Source of the DNA: Flaccisagitta enflata
Taxonomy: Eukaryota
DNA: 64,000 nucleotides
Direction: 5' to 3'
Assembly: GCA_965153355.1 (NCBI GenBank)
Contig: OZ231126.1
Coordinates: 26,288,001-26,352,000 of the forward strand
The translations under genes were made by a program, and so were the position numbers. The first letter of the stretch is position 1. Every line of letters begins with the position of its first letter. The notes under the pieces are model-generated. The model searched no databases and had not been told where the DNA came from. It worked only from the letters and a program-made list of their open reading frames with translations. Shown one piece after another: positions 13,055 through 26,402 of the stretch.

Positions 13055-16000
13055 ATGAAAAGTAAAATGGCTTGTATTAAGAGTGTATTCTCTGAACAAA
13101 AACCAGACATTGCACTTTTCACGGAAACACATTTAGCAGATAATAAAGGCATGAATGTTGATGGTTACACATTTTTTGGCAGAGCAAGAAAAGGAGGTAA
13201 AGGTGGAGGCGTGGGAATATTTGTAAAAGATGAGAAAAAAGCTATTGTAGCCCCACACCATACACAACGAGATTTAGAAATTGCATGGGTAAGCATTAAC
13301 CGGAACGCCAGTAGCCCCCTGTTCATCGGGGTCTACTATGGAAAACAAGAGACTACGTGCAACATTGCTACAATAACGGAAGAAATGGATAAACTTACGG
13401 AAGAGATTCTCGAGTTTCAAAGAGAAGGAGAAGTAGTGATCTGCATGGACGCCAACGCAAAAATTGGTTTGCTGGGAGAAGAAAAATCTCGAAATGGAAA
13501 GTTGATTACTGCTGTATTTGAGGAATGTGAAGTAAAGGTGATAAATGGAACAGACAAATGTGAAGGCGCTGTAACAAGACTAAACAGGAAAAGAAATACT
13601 GAAAAAGCTGCTATTGATTTCGTTGTTGCATCATATCAGGCCCAGGAATGGGTAACAAAAATGCGAATTGATGAGGCTGGTGATTATGTCATGAGTGGCC
13701 AGAATGAGTCAGATCACAACACAATACTCATCGACTTGGAGATATCACATGTCTCGACGCCGAAACAAGTCAAAAGAACTATATGGAACATTAATGCGTC
13801 AGAGGACAAGTATGATCAATTCAGACAGAAATTAAGGGCATTAACTGGGAAAGCTGAAGAAATCATGGCAAACAAAGAAAAAACAATGACAGAAAGATAT
13901 AGTGAGTGGGAAAAGCTATTATACAAAGCAGCCATGTCCACAATTGGAAAAACCACAATCAAGCCACGACAAGTACAAAATGATAGTGATGAAATTAAGT
14001 CCCTAAGAATAGAAAGAAGACAGCTCAAGAAAGCCTTTGAGGCGGAGACTGACAGTGAAAAGAAAAAAGAAAAGATGGGACATTATATCAGAAAACAACA
14101 TGAGGTAAGAGAATGTGCCATAAAGGAAGAGAGTGAGCGAGTGAGCCAAAGATTTGAAAAGATGAGAAGAGGAGGTAATAATGGATTCTGGAAATTAAGG
14201 AAAGAAATGAAGAAAGACGATTCTGCATCCTGGCTCATAACCAAAGATGAAGAAGGCAATCGATTATTCGACCCACAAATGAATAAAGACAATAAGGCCA
14301 ATTATTATGAAAAACTGTTTACCAAAGGGAAGCATTTACCCCATCCATATCATGATGAAGTCACTGAGGCAGTACAGTCACTATCCACGGCAGACTGCAG
14401 CTCTGATGAAATGGGCCGGGTACCATCACTATTAGAAGTCAAAAATGCTATTATGAATAAAAAGAATGGGAAAGCGACAACAGACTGGAAAAATGAGATG
14501 ATTAAGAAAGGAGGAGATGAAATGGTAAGATTTATCTACCCTGTCATTCGAGTATTCTTTGAAGACGGCATTTCACCAAAACAGTGGAATTTTGGACTGA
14601 TTACAAGTGTATTCAAAGGCAAAGGAGACAGAGAGCAGATGAAAAATCACAGAGGCATCACTGTCTCCAGCACCATAGGCACAATTGCAGAGGAGATCAT
14701 TTACAACAGAATGACTACACTAATGACATTTACTCAATCCCAGGCAGGAGGTAGAAAAGGTGGCTCCACGACGGATCATGTATTCACATTAAGAAATATG
14801 ATTGCAATTTGCAAAAAAGAAAAAAGAAAGATACTCATAACATTCTACGATGTTGTGAAAGCATATGATAGGGTATGCATGGATGACATGTGTTACTCCA
14901 TGTATAAGAACGGTGTTGATGGGAAACTGTGGCAGCTTATGAGAGCAATGAACATTGAGCTCACGGCAAAAGTAAATACAAAAGCAGGGCTCACTCGAGA
15001 ATTCAAAAGAGAGACTGGAGGTAAACAGGGAGGAAAACTAATGGTTCCTCTGTTTGCCAAAATGATGGACAATTTGGCTGAGGATCTTTTAGAAAACCCT
15101 CAAATGGGAATAGAGGTGGGACCATCCAGAATACCATCTATGCTTTACATGGATGATGCGATGACCTTTGCAGAGGATTATCAACAGCAAGAAAAGACCC
15201 TTAAAGAGGTAGACACATTTGCTAAAAAACATAAGTTGGAATGGGGACGAGACAAATGTAAAGTGATGGAGGTCGGGAGTCACAAGGAGAAAAGAGAAAC
15301 ATGGATGCTAGGAGACAAGGAAATTGAAAAATGCGAAAACTACAAATACCTTGGCGATGTCATAAACCGTAATGGAAAGAACGATGAAAATTTAAAAGAG
15401 AGATGCAATAACTTAAAAAACACTGCCCGTGCAATTGCTACTTGTTGTAGGAGTGATGTAATGCAAAGAATCGCTGTGAGAGCAATAATCAAGCTGCATG
15501 AGACAGAGGCTATCTCAGCGTTTCTTTATAACGCGGAGACATGGACTATCAACAAGACAGAGGGGAAACTATTGGAGAAAACGGAAATATATGCTCTAAA
15601 GAAGATGATTGGCCTTCCACCAACTACTCCAACGGCCGGAATCATACAGACGCTGGGCATTCAATTTACAACAGTCAGAATAGATATCAAACGACTGCTG
15701 TACCTTCACAAAGCCCTTCAAAAGGAAGCAGACAAGTGGGCGAGAACAACACTACTTACTACGAAAGACTACAATATAGCATGGGCGAAAGATGTGAACG
15801 AGCTGCTCGAAAAATGGGAGCTCGAACAAGATTGGACAGAAATCTCAAAAAAGACACCAATGGCGTGGAAAAGAGAAGTAATGGCGGCGGCAGAGAAAAG
15901 AAATAAAGAAAAACTCGGTGAAGAATGCGAAGTTAAAAGCCGGGGGGAAACAAGAATCAAAACAAAGACAAAACATGTAGTGGATATGATAACAAGACCT

Positions 16001-16345
16001 GAGTACTGTAGAAAACTTGATGATTTTATTAGTCATTCCTCATCCATTTATCTTGCTAGAGCACTTATAATGGGAAGGTATGGAATGCTGACATGTGCAA
16101 ATAATTTTTCAAAAGGGTATGGAACAAAAAATTGTGATGTATGCGGAGTGGTTGATGATGAGAGCCACAGGATTAATTGGTGTCAGAAATGGAAAGACGT
16201 GAATCGGTACCATAATGATGAAAAAGTGCCATTTGGTGATATTTATTCTGAGGATGTGGAGAAGTGCCTTTCTGTGGTAAATTCCGTTTTGTCTATTTGG
16301 GACCTGAGAAATGGTAAGAATGAGATCCGGCAGCTTGGGATATGA
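13055..16345 (+). CDS. LINE ORF2: apurinic-like endonuclease, reverse transcriptase and C-terminal CCHC zinc knuckle (true start probably upstream, about 12990)
   Basis: APE motifs ANARG (just upstream of the ATG), FTETH, GGGVGIFVK, MDANAK, IDFVV, SDHNTI; RT motifs NHRGITV, YDVVKAYDRV, GGKQGGKL, YMDD, YKYLG; CDVC-x7-H-x4-C. Confidence 0.95.
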   Translation: MKSKMACIKSVFSEQKPDIALFTETHLADNKGMNVDGYTFFGRARKGGKGGGVGIFVKDEKKAIVAPHHTQRDLEIAWVSINRNASSPLFIGVYYGKQETTCNIATITEEMDKLTEEILEFQREGEVVICMDANAKIGLLGEEKSRNGKLITAVFEECEVKVINGTDKCEGAVTRLNRKRNTEKAAIDFVVASYQAQEWVTKMRIDEAGDYVMSGQNESDHNTILIDLEISHVSTPKQVKRTIWNINASEDKYDQFRQKLRALTGKAEEIMANKEKTMTERYSEWEKLLYKAAMSTIGKTTIKPRQVQNDSDEIKSLRIERRQLKKAFEAETDSEKKKEKMGHYIRKQHEVRECAIKEESERVSQRFEKMRRGGNNGFWKLRKEMKKDDSASWLITKDEEGNRLFDPQMNKDNKANYYEKLFTKGKHLPHPYHDEVTEAVQSLSTADCSSDEMGRVPSLLEVKNAIMNKKNGKATTDWKNEMIKKGGDEMVRFIYPVIRVFFEDGISPKQWNFGLITSVFKGKGDREQMKNHRGITVSSTIGTIAEEIIYNRMTTLMTFTQSQAGGRKGGSTTDHVFTLRNMIAICKKEKRKILITFYDVVKAYDRVCMDDMCYSMYKNGVDGKLWQLMRAMNIELTAKVNTKAGLTREFKRETGGKQGGKLMVPLFAKMMDNLAEDLLENPQMGIEVGPSRIPSMLYMDDAMTFAEDYQQQEKTLKEVDTFAKKHKLEWGRDKCKVMEVGSHKEKRETWMLGDKEIEKCENYKYLGDVINRNGKNDENLKERCNNLKNTARAIATCCRSDVMQRIAVRAIIKLHETEAISAFLYNAETWTINKTEGKLLEKTEIYALKKMIGLPPTTPTAGIIQTLGIQFTTVRIDIKRLLYLHKALQKEADKWARTTLLTTKDYNIAWAKDVNELLEKWELEQDWTEISKKTPMAWKREVMAAAEKRNKEKLGEECEVKSRGETRIKTKTKHVVDMITRPEYCRKLDDFISHSSSIYLARALIMGRYGMLTCANNFSKGYGTKNCDVCGVVDDESHRINWCQKWKDVNRYHNDEKVPFGDIYSEDVEKCLSVVNSVLSIWDLRNGKNEIRQLGI

Positions 16346-17171
16346 TTGGTAGTATATGTATCTGCTGTAATTGTACCTGTAATTACGAGACTCGGAGGAT
16401 GGGTGACTGATGCTGGAGTGGGATGGCGTTGACCGTCGATATATTTATACATGGACTATATTCATAGATCTAGTAGCAGTACAACTTATTTATCAGAATT
16501 TTGTGACTACCGTCATGTCCTTGTCATTGTACATAAGTGTAATCGCTTATTTGGACAGTAAATCAAATTCAAATTCAAATTCCTCTTCTTTTTCTTTTTC
16601 TATTCATTTTTCTTCTTCGTCTACTTTTTCTTTTTTGTTTTTGTTTTTGTTTTTGTTTTTGTTTTCCTGTTCTTTTTGTGCTTGGATTTCTTCTACTTCT
16701 ACTTCTTTTACTTTTTCTTTTTCTTTTTTTTCTCTTCTTCTTCTTCTTCTTCTTCTTCTTCTTCTTCTTCTTCTTCTTCTTCTTCTTCTTCTTCTTCTTC
16801 TTCTTCTTCTTCTTCTTCTTCTTCTTCTTCTTTTTCTTTTATCTCTATGTTCCCTGCCCTCCCCCCTCCATCATCCCCTCCTCTCTTCTTCCTCCTCCTC
16901 ATTTTCGTGTACTTCATTCTTCCCCAGAGGCCGTTTCTTATCCCCTCTAAATTTTTCCCCTCTTTGTCTTCATTTTATGACGTTTTAACGAAGGATTTCT
17001 GCCAGGAATTCCAAGCTTTAAAAGGTCGAAGGAAAAAAAACAGAGAAAAGGATAGGATAAAGGAAAGCAAAGGGAGAGAAACAAAATACAGAAGATAGAA
17101 AAACAGGGTGAAGAGAAGGAAGAGGCAAAAAGAAAACAAGAAAGGAAAGAGAGAAAAGAAAGAAAAGAAAG

Positions 17172-17202
<31 letters not shown>

Positions 17203-17730
17203 AAAAAAAAGAAATTAAAAAGAATAGAAAGAAAAGAAAGAAAAGAAAGAAAATAAAGAAAACAAAGAAAAGAAAGAAAAGAAAGAAAAGAAAGAAAGGG
17301 AAAAAAGGAAGAAAGGGAAGAAAAGAAAGAAAAGAAAGAAAAGAAAGAAAAGAAAGAAAAGAAAGAAAAGAAAGAAAAGAAAGAAAAGAAAGAAAAGAAA
17401 GAAAAAAAAAGAAAAGAAAGAAAAGGAAAGAAAGAAAGAAAGAAAAACAATAAGGGTAACGAATCAAACAAAACAAAAGCAAATCAAATCAAAACAAAAC
17501 AAACTCAAGAAAACTAAGGCAAAAAGGCAAAAAGGCAAAAAGGAACAGAAAAAGGACTAAAAAGATATGTGACAGAGCTGAGGAGGGAAAAGTGAAAGTC
17601 TAGGATAAGAACTAAAGAAAAGGCGGGAAATGCGGAGGAGACATTTCTTGTCAACGCTGACACGTAAAAAAGACAAAAGGAGGGGAAAAGATTGCGGCTA
17701 CACGTTACAAATTACGTCAAGTTTGTCGCG

Positions 17731-18072
<342 letters not shown>

Positions 18073-18169
18073 CTTTCTCGTATCTGTCGTTTATATCTTT
18101 TTGTCGTTTTCTTTGACGTTTGACGTCTCCAAGTTTAATCCATCTCGTTTCTTCGCATCACCAATGCAG

Positions 18170-18410
18170 CGTCACAAACCACGTCAAGAACCACGCCAAG
18201 AACCACCTAAGAAACCACGTCACAAACCACGTCCAGTACCATCTAAGAGTCACGACACAAACCACGTCACAAACCACATCAAGAACAATCTAAAAGTCTC
18301 CGTCACAAACCACCTCACAAACCCCGTCAAGTACCATCTAAGAGTCCGCGTCACAAACCATGTCACAAACCATGTCAAATGTTGTCAAAAATGACGTCAC
18401 AAACCACATT
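18170..18410. repeat. Degenerate 12-bp tandem repeat (CGTCACAAACCA)n
   Basis: Unit and variants visible throughout. Confidence 0.75.
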
Positions 18411-19158
18411 TACTAGTCTCACAAGTCATAACATTCCTCATCGTGAATGACGTACATGATCACGCCACACAAATGGCGTTTACTAATAACCACGCCAAAT
18501 ACCGCATGATGAAATCCACGTCGTAATTGGGTCACGTCACAACAACATGACAACATGACGAAACGAAACGATGACGTCGACGACGACCTTATCGGCGACG
18601 ATGGCGACAAAAACAACAACATCAAGACGAAATGACGATGACGACGATGACGACGTTAATGACGATGACGATGACGACGCCGGTGAGGTTGCGACAGAGA
18701 AGGTGGCGGCACCGTCCTGAAGCGGCGTCGCCGTCGTGGATCGGCGTTGGTCGGCGTCGAACGTGACGTGACGTCATGAGATGTCATCTTGACGCGACGT
18801 CAAATCATAATAACGTAGGGAAGCCGCATTATGAGCCTGCCTACGTTACGTGACGGCGTGTCAGAACGTTACGAGATGACACGTAGCATGAAGCACAATT
18901 GGGATTCAACGTTGTGTTGCATGCCCCACTGACATCGACTGTCATCCTTGCCGTTATGTTGACACTGTATCATGAAAAAAGTCATAATTTCTTTTGTTTA
19001 GTAGTAACAATGATTGTATCTACTCCTGCACAAAGTTATCACGTTTTAACCTTTTTTTTTCTGGCAATGATCAATGATATTGCAATGATAAAACGTGCTT
19101 CACCTGTGTGTCCTGAGCTCTTGTATCAATAGTTTTTTTTCGCCTTGATCACTGTGTC

Positions 19159-19539
19159 TTTTTTAGTCGCGTGCACGCGACTCTACAACCCGCTTTGTCG
19201 GTCCGTCCGTCCGTCGGTCCGTCGGTCCGTCCGTTCGTCGGTCCATCCGTCCGTCTGTCCGTCACACTTTACTTTTTTGTACTATAACATCAACTCTTAG
19301 GTCATTTTAAGTCATTTTAAGTCATTTATAGTTATTCTAAGTCATTTTGAGTCAGTCTAAGTCATTTTAAGTCATTTTAAGTCATTTTAAGTTATTTTTG
19401 GTTTTTTGGTTTTTTAGTCATTTTAAGTCAATTTTGGTCATTTCAGGTCATTCTAAGTCATTGAAAGTCATTCTAAGTCATTCTAAGTCACTCTTTGTTT
19501 GTAAGTCTCGCACGCGACTTATAGGTGTTGGCCTTGTTT
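19159..19539 (+). mobile_element. Helentron/HINE (DINE-1)-like element, family A, with internal 10-bp (AAGTCATTTT)n array
   Basis: TTTTTAGTCGCGTGCACGCGACTCTACA start, (GTCC)n-type microsatellite, subterminal CACGCGACT, CCTTGTT end, T-rich flanks with no TSD. Confidence 0.7.
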
Positions 19540-20216
19540 CTAAATACCTAATTTTATCTTGACTATCTTCGTCCGTGTTATCTTTATCCACATCCCGGCC
19601 ATGTTTCGTAAACCGATCACTGCTCACTGCACTCAATAAGTTATTCGCCATCAAATTGTCTCATACCAACGCGTCACAGCGTACATCTCGCTCCAACAAC
19701 ACCCCCCCCCCCCTTTCCAGTCCATATTACTCGTCATTTTCCACATGATATGACAACGTGTCTCCCACTCTGCCTTCACTCTCTGACGTTTCGTATCGAA
19801 CAAACTGTCACCACGCAGAAACTCAACGAGCAGACAGCCGCCGCGCCGAAGAAATTTATTTATAGACAAACCAAACGGACGTCCAAAGCTTGATAATTCT
19901 TGTAAGCTGTATAAACTTATCCGTTAAAGCTGTCTAGTAAGTATTGATCCAACAGTGTACATTGATATGAATCCGAACTAATTTTCCTCTGAGCGTAAAG
20001 AAACCGAAAATTGAATTGATTTTCCCCTTTCTGGCTCTTTTCTTTCCTTTCATTTGAATCCTATCCTTTTCTTTCCCTTTCTTTCCATTCCTTTCCCTTC
20101 TCTCCTATTTTTCCCCTTTCTTTTCTCTTCTTGTTGCCCCACGGACTGTTTCTGCATCGTCGCCCCAATGCAATGTCAAGAAGATCTGAGTCATGCTGAA
20201 GGCATGGAGAGAGAGA

Positions 20217-20278
<62 letters not shown>

Positions 20279-20794
20279 AAGATAAAAAAATTGAGGTTTT
20301 TTATTCAAAACGTAGATTTTGATTCAAATATGGCTACCATCAAGGTGTTGAAGACATGAGCTATGAGACATAAAGCATTTCAGTGACACCAATTTGATGG
20401 TTAAAGATAAAATCCGTGACAAGGAGGCAAGAAGTAAGTGCTTTTATCAAGTTTCACTATTCATATGATGGAAAGAAGTAATAGAGGAGATTATGGTGAG
20501 GAATTTAGTGGTTAACATGAAAACAGTTGTGACAATAACGGAACATCAAAGCTCGTGGGCGAAGGGGATGATATGGGGGAGGGAGGGGATCAGGGGGGGG
20601 GGGGCGAGAATGTAGCGGTTGATATACGATAAAAGTTGTGACAATAACGGGACAACAAAATGAGGGTGAGAAAAGAACTGAAGAGTCGATTAGGGGCCAA
20701 AGCGGCCGAAAGCCCATCAAATTAACGACCCAACCAGAGGCTCAATGGCATTTTGAACGAACGGCCAGACTGAAGAAACTGGGAAAAGGACGAG

Positions 20795-20830
<36 letters not shown>

Positions 20831-21074
20831 AAATACAGAAAGACAAACAGAAAAAGACAGAGATAGGTTGATAGACAGAGACAGTCTGTCTCAGACAGAC
20901 AAGAAGACTGCAAGTTTCCGATGGACAGCCGGAGACAAAAAGACATATAGACAGGCAATCAGAGATAGCTTACCAATAAATCATAAAAATTTGGCCTAAA
21001 TAGTAATATGGTAGATGAAATGAAGAAGATTGAGGTGAATTCTTGACAATCCTGAAAATCAATGAGATGACATA

Positions 21075-21657
21075 CAGTGGGGTTCGAGGAATAACAGCCT
21101 AAACTGGAGGAAGGTATTTAAGTGTCTTTATTTCATTTGACAAACTTGATATTTGAAACATAAGTTGTTCACTTGATGTTTTTGTCCCCGAGTTTTTCGG
21201 TTGCCATGGAAACCAAAATTATTTTTTTGAACGTTCATAACAACTAGAAAATCGATATTTTGATGAATATCATCAGGGAACATTGCTCAGAATTAGATTT
21301 GCTACAACTTTCCCACAGTATGTCCTGTAAGAATATTGCTCGTTTAGCCGTTGCTAGGGAGCATCATTTAGTGGTTGCTAGGTGTGATGCTCCTTAGCAG
21401 ACCCAGCGAGCAATATTCTTACAGACATACTGTGGGAAAGTTTATAATTAATGAGCAATGTTCTGACAATATTTCTCAAATATTGATATTTTAGTGGTTA
21501 TACATGTTTGAAAAAATTATTTTGGTTCCATAGACAAAACTCAGGGACAAAAACATCGAGTGAACAACTTATATTTTAAATATCAAGTTTGTCAAATGAA
21601 ATTAAGACACTAAAATACCTTCCTCCAGTTTAGGCTGTTATTCCACAAACCCCACTG
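21075..21657. mobile_element. Tc1/mariner-type (TA TSD) whole-length hairpin MITE
   Basis: TA|CAGTGGGGTTCGAGGAATAACAGCCTAAACTGGAGGAAGG...CCTTCCTCCAGTTTAGGCTGTTATTCCACAAACCCCACTG|TA. Confidence 0.87.
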
Positions 21658-23274
21658 TAGGAGTTAACAAAAACTTAAAACGAAGTGAATCAGCCTTACT
21701 TCGGGTTAAATTGAGGTCAGAAATAAGTTTTGACTTCGGTCTATAGACTTGTAAATTAGTTGGTCGTTCTTTAGATACTTTGTCAATCTCCCGAATCGCC
21801 AAACCGCAGAAGTTGATGACAACGATAAAGTCAAGTGCGAGTACAAGTTCAAATCACACGATATCGAAACTTCGTAACCATCTAGGTTTTGTGTCTTACT
21901 CTGTCCTTACGTCGTTTTCCTCCTCATCGTTTCCTTGTCAATAAAGATTTCCTCTCTGTTTCCCGCCTCGCTTTGCCCGTCTTTCTCTCTTTCAACCATT
22001 CCTTTCTTCCTTCCTTCCTTCCTTCCTTCCTTCCTTCCTTCCTTCCTTCCTTCCTTCCTTCCTTCCTTCCTTCCTTCCTTCCTTCCTTCCTTCCTCCCTT
22101 CCTTCCTTTCCTTTCACATCCGTCTATTCCACCTTCCTTTTTTCCTTCCATCCATTTCCACTCTGTGTATTCACTTCTTCTATGCCGAGAGGAATCTGAG
22201 AAAAAACCGTTTTCCCGTTGGACATATTTTTAATCAAAATGCAAAAAAGGTTTTTCCGCTTTATATTCCCTCAAGCGCACCTTTTCAACTCAACGGCGGT
22301 AGTACTACAACCACAACTCACTGCAACCACAACCACAAATACAACGCACTGCAACCACAACTCAATCTCAATGCAACCTCCACCAAGTTACCGCAGACAC
22401 AACGGAATCACTAAAACCACAACCACAACTCACAACACCCACAACCACAATTCACTGCAACCACCAACCCAACTAACTGCAACCAGCACCACAACTAACT
22501 GCAACCTCAGCCAAAACTTCCTGCAACCAAAACCAAGTCATCACAGGTACATCCAAATCACCACAACTACAGCCACTGCCACAACTGAAACAAGTTATCA
22601 CAACCACGACCAAGTAACTAACAATAACATAATTTTCCACAGTAAAATGCAGCGATGATTGATCACGATGAATCAAGCCGGTTGCCAAAATATCGACCAT
22701 GACCAATGTCGCCAGAAGTACAACTAGTGCGAGTGTACCTAACCAACTTATAAGAACCTTTGCACCCATTTTTGTACCGTGATGTCTAAAATGTTCGCGA
22801 ACTCTTTTGTATGTATGTCATCCCAGTTCCTTTTCCATCGTTTCCTGTCTTTGCCCTTCATCTTGAGTTTCTTTCTCTCTTTTTTTCCCCTTTTTTTTCG
22901 GCTTGGTTTTGGTTTTGTCTTCCTGTTTTAAAATTCAATCTGATTTCAAAGCTGGAAAACAGGAGGACCTTGAAATTCCAAATTCAGGTTCATACCTGAG
23001 GACAAATCGATCGATCATCTGGCAAAGGAAGGATTATCCCCATTACTCAACAGAAAGAGGAGGGGGAGGAGTAGGGGGAAGAAAGAGGATAAAAGGGAGG
23101 AAATAAAGAGGAAGGAGAAGAGGAAGAAGAATAAAAAGAAGAAACACAGAGAGAGATGAAGAAAAAACGAAGAGGACGAGGAAGAAGAAAAAGAAGAAGA
23201 AGAAGAAGACACACAGAGAGAGATGAAGAAAAAAAGAAGAAGAAGAAGACAAAGAAGAAGAAGAAGAAGAAGAA

Positions 23275-23335
<61 letters not shown>

Positions 23336-23966
23336 GAGAAGAAGAAGAAGAAGAAGAAGAAGAAGAAGAAGAAAAAGAAGAAGAACAAGTGGTGGATAGA
23401 TGTGGAAACGGCAGATAAGGGAGACGAAGGTGAGAACGTCGAGGAGGAGGAGGAGGAAGAGGAAGAAGAAGGGGAAGAGAAGTACCAGAAAGAAAAAGTG
23501 GGAGCTTGCAAAAATGAGGGGTTGAAAGCATATTCTGGCCTTGGAGGAGAAAATCAGCAGACCAAAACGAAATCCTGAATTGCAAAAAATTCACTCCGGC
23601 GATGAAAGCAAAGAATTTGGAAGAGCCGATTTTAAACGCGTTTTAGAGAAAACTCACCTTTGTGATGAAACGAGTCTTATATATAATATAGGAATAAGAC
23701 TACTCCTCTTTGTCATACTATTAACCAAACCTCAACTTCAACTTCAAATTCTCCAATGAAGAAAGGCAGGTTCCCTGTTGACTTTGAAACGTACATTACT
23801 TCAAACTACATTCCCAATAAAGTCCATCAGTACATTGTAACTTTCCCACCCCTGACAAACACACACTGTCCATCACATCGGTTCCGGGGACACTGAATAA
23901 AACAAAGAAAACATAAAACAGGGAGAACAAGGAGAACAAGGAGAACCAGATGATCCAGAAGAAGAA

Positions 23967-24001
<35 letters not shown>

Positions 24002-24014
24002 AGAAGAAGAAGAA

Positions 24015-24061
<47 letters not shown>

Positions 24062-24645
24062 AGAAGAAGAAGAAGAAGAAGAAGAAGAAGAAAAAGGGAA
24101 AAAATAAAAAAAAAAAACTCAACTCAAATAGAAATATGGAATATATTGGAATTGCGCGCGCAGTGAAAACGGAGATAAAAATTCACTCAATGGCAGCTCC
24201 TTTTCATTCGTATCAATGGGGGAAAATCATAACAGAAAATTAAAATCGAGAAAAGCAAAATAAAGAAAAAAAAATCATTGAAAAAAAAAACACGAGAGAA
24301 AAGTGAGGAGAAAAAATACGCCCCCATTGGGAGGGAGAGAGAAAAAAGAGAAAGAAGGAGAAAAAAAAATTAGTAAAAAAAAAGAAAGTAAAAAATGCGA
24401 GCTTGAGGGAGTTTGAGCGACATCTCGCGCACGACTGAGCAACAGGGACTGAGGCTCAGCAAGAAGAGATAGAAAAAAAAACATGAGAACAAGGTCCGGA
24501 TGGAGAAAAAACTTCCAATGGAGTGGTGATGAAAGGAAATTGAACTATCATGGACAAATTACAGAATGCAGTTGTTACCGCACAAATTGATTGTTGTTGA
24601 TAATGTTGATACTATTTTCGATACCTGCATTGAGGTGCATGTTAA

Positions 24646-24822
24646 GATAAACATGCGGACGAGGGCCTCCGGCTGAGAGTGTTATTGATGCAATGATAAA
24701 CATACGGATGGAGGCTTTGGGCTGACAGTGTTATGGATGCGAAGATAAACATGCGGACGGAGGCTTCGGGCTGTCAGTGTTATGGTTGCAAAGACAAACA
24801 TGCGGACGGAGGCTTCGGGCGG
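24646..24822. repeat. 49-bp minisatellite, about 3.6 copies
   Basis: GA(T/C)AAACAT units start at 24646, 24695, 24744 and 24793. Confidence 0.85.
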
Positions 24823-25394
24823 AGACTGAGAATGTGATAAAAGGACGGATGGAAATTGAAAGAGAAAATCGCGTGAATGACGGAAGACAAAAGAGACGAT
24901 GGCGTATCAACGTTTTTTTCATCATCCAAAACTTTCCCTTCTTTTTTTTTCCATCGCGTCCTCTCTGGTTCCCTTTCCCTTTCCCCACTTCCCCGAATCC
25001 TATTACCCCTGTTTTCCTTTCTATTCCCCCATTCCTCTCTCTCCGCACCCTTTATCCCTTTATCTTCTACCATTCACATTGTCCATCTTTCACGTTTGTT
25101 TGTTTGTTTGTTTGTTTGTTTTTTTTCAAACTTGTTACCCCCTCATCTCGTTATAGCCGTTTTCCCTGTTCCCCTCCTTTCCCCATTTTCCCGTCCTTTT
25201 GTAGTGTTACCTTTTTTTTCAGGAATTCCTTCAAACTTGCCAAACACTTATTATTATCGAGCGCCTATGAAAGCTTTGCATCCGTCATATCAACTAGAGA
25301 AAGATCTTTTAAGTATTGCATATATTTAAGAATTATCGCTAAACAACTAACTGTTTTTGCTCCCATTTCTCTTTATCTTACAGTACTTATTCGA

Positions 25395-25559
25395 TTTTTT
25401 GTCGCCTGCTACGCGACTCTACACCTTGCTTTGTCCGTCCGTCCGTCCATCCATCCGTCAGTTGGTCGATCCCCATCTTACTTTTTCGGCGTTTTTGAGC
25501 GTTTTGACCTCATTGCTCCCCCACACGCGACTAGGGTAGCCGTGTATCCAGCCTTGTTT
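25395..25559 (+). mobile_element. Helentron/HINE-like element, family A
   Basis: Same termini (GTCGC..CTACGCGACTCTACA ... CACGCGACT..GCCGTGTATCC.GCCTTGTT) and GTCC repeats. Confidence 0.68.
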
Positions 25560-25636
25560 CTTTCCCAACTTTTTCGTCCTTTATTTTTTTCTTTCTTTCT
25601 TTCTTGCTTTTCTTTCTCTCTTTCTTGCTTTTCTTC

Positions 25637-25743
<107 letters not shown>

Positions 25744-26402
25744 TTATTCTTTCTGTTTTTCTTAACCTACCAAGATTAGCCCTGTACCTTGCACTCTGAT
25801 TACCAACTCATCTGGCAATTCTACGTCATGTGCATCTTCGCCCGAGAGATGTGAGAGCAAAGAGAAGAGACTCAATAGAGAGAGAGAGAGAGAGAGAAAG
25901 AGACAAACAGACAGACTGGGACTGAGACATTGCGCTAGGAAATAACTTATTATTAAGAAATGACTTATTATTAAGGAAAGCAAGCCAGGGACAGATAGGC
26001 TGAGGCAGACAGAAACAGAAAGACAGACAAGAGGACAGACAAATAGAGGAACACACAGAGAGTAGAGAGAGGGGATCCGCTGATAATTTTGCATGCATGA
26101 GGAACTCTCTTTGCAGGATTCACGGCTGTACTTCACCGCACATTGTTTTATCCAATTTTCTTTTCTCCCTTTTTTATCACGTTCTTTTTTTCTATTTTCA
26201 TTTCATTTCGCTATGTATTCTCCTGTTTTCTATTTCCACTCGTTACACTTCAATCAAATTTGATCCTACTATCTCTTAAGGTTCTTGAGGTTCGAGGGGC
26301 TAACCAGTTGCTACAAAATAAAAAAAAACCTTACCGACCCCCGTAACCTTTATGCTTTGCTGAAACGAAAAACCTTGTATCATGATTCACGGCATCTTGA
26401 TA

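Larger units (their letters stand above)
10700..16582 (+). mobile_element. Near full-length non-LTR retrotransposon (LINE), APE-RT type with esterase ORF1 (RTEX- or CR1/L2-group-like; clade not resolved)
   Basis: Two tandem ORFs, 5' region with GAGTCAC repeats (10904-10978), ~220-nt 3' UTR and (AAATTC)3 tail ending at 16582. The 5' boundary is approximate and no TSD was resolved because both flanks are TTC-rich. Confidence 0.9.

Noticed and set aside
18811-18848. Hairpin TAACGTAGG...CCTACGTTA as a possible pre-miRNA
   Set aside because: The stem is too short and sits in TGACG-rich degenerate repeat sequence.
24646-24822. Regularly spaced repeats resembling a CRISPR array (also 29048-29252 and 50480-50740)
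   Set aside because: The units are contiguous with no unique spacers, there are no cas genes, and the context is eukaryotic.
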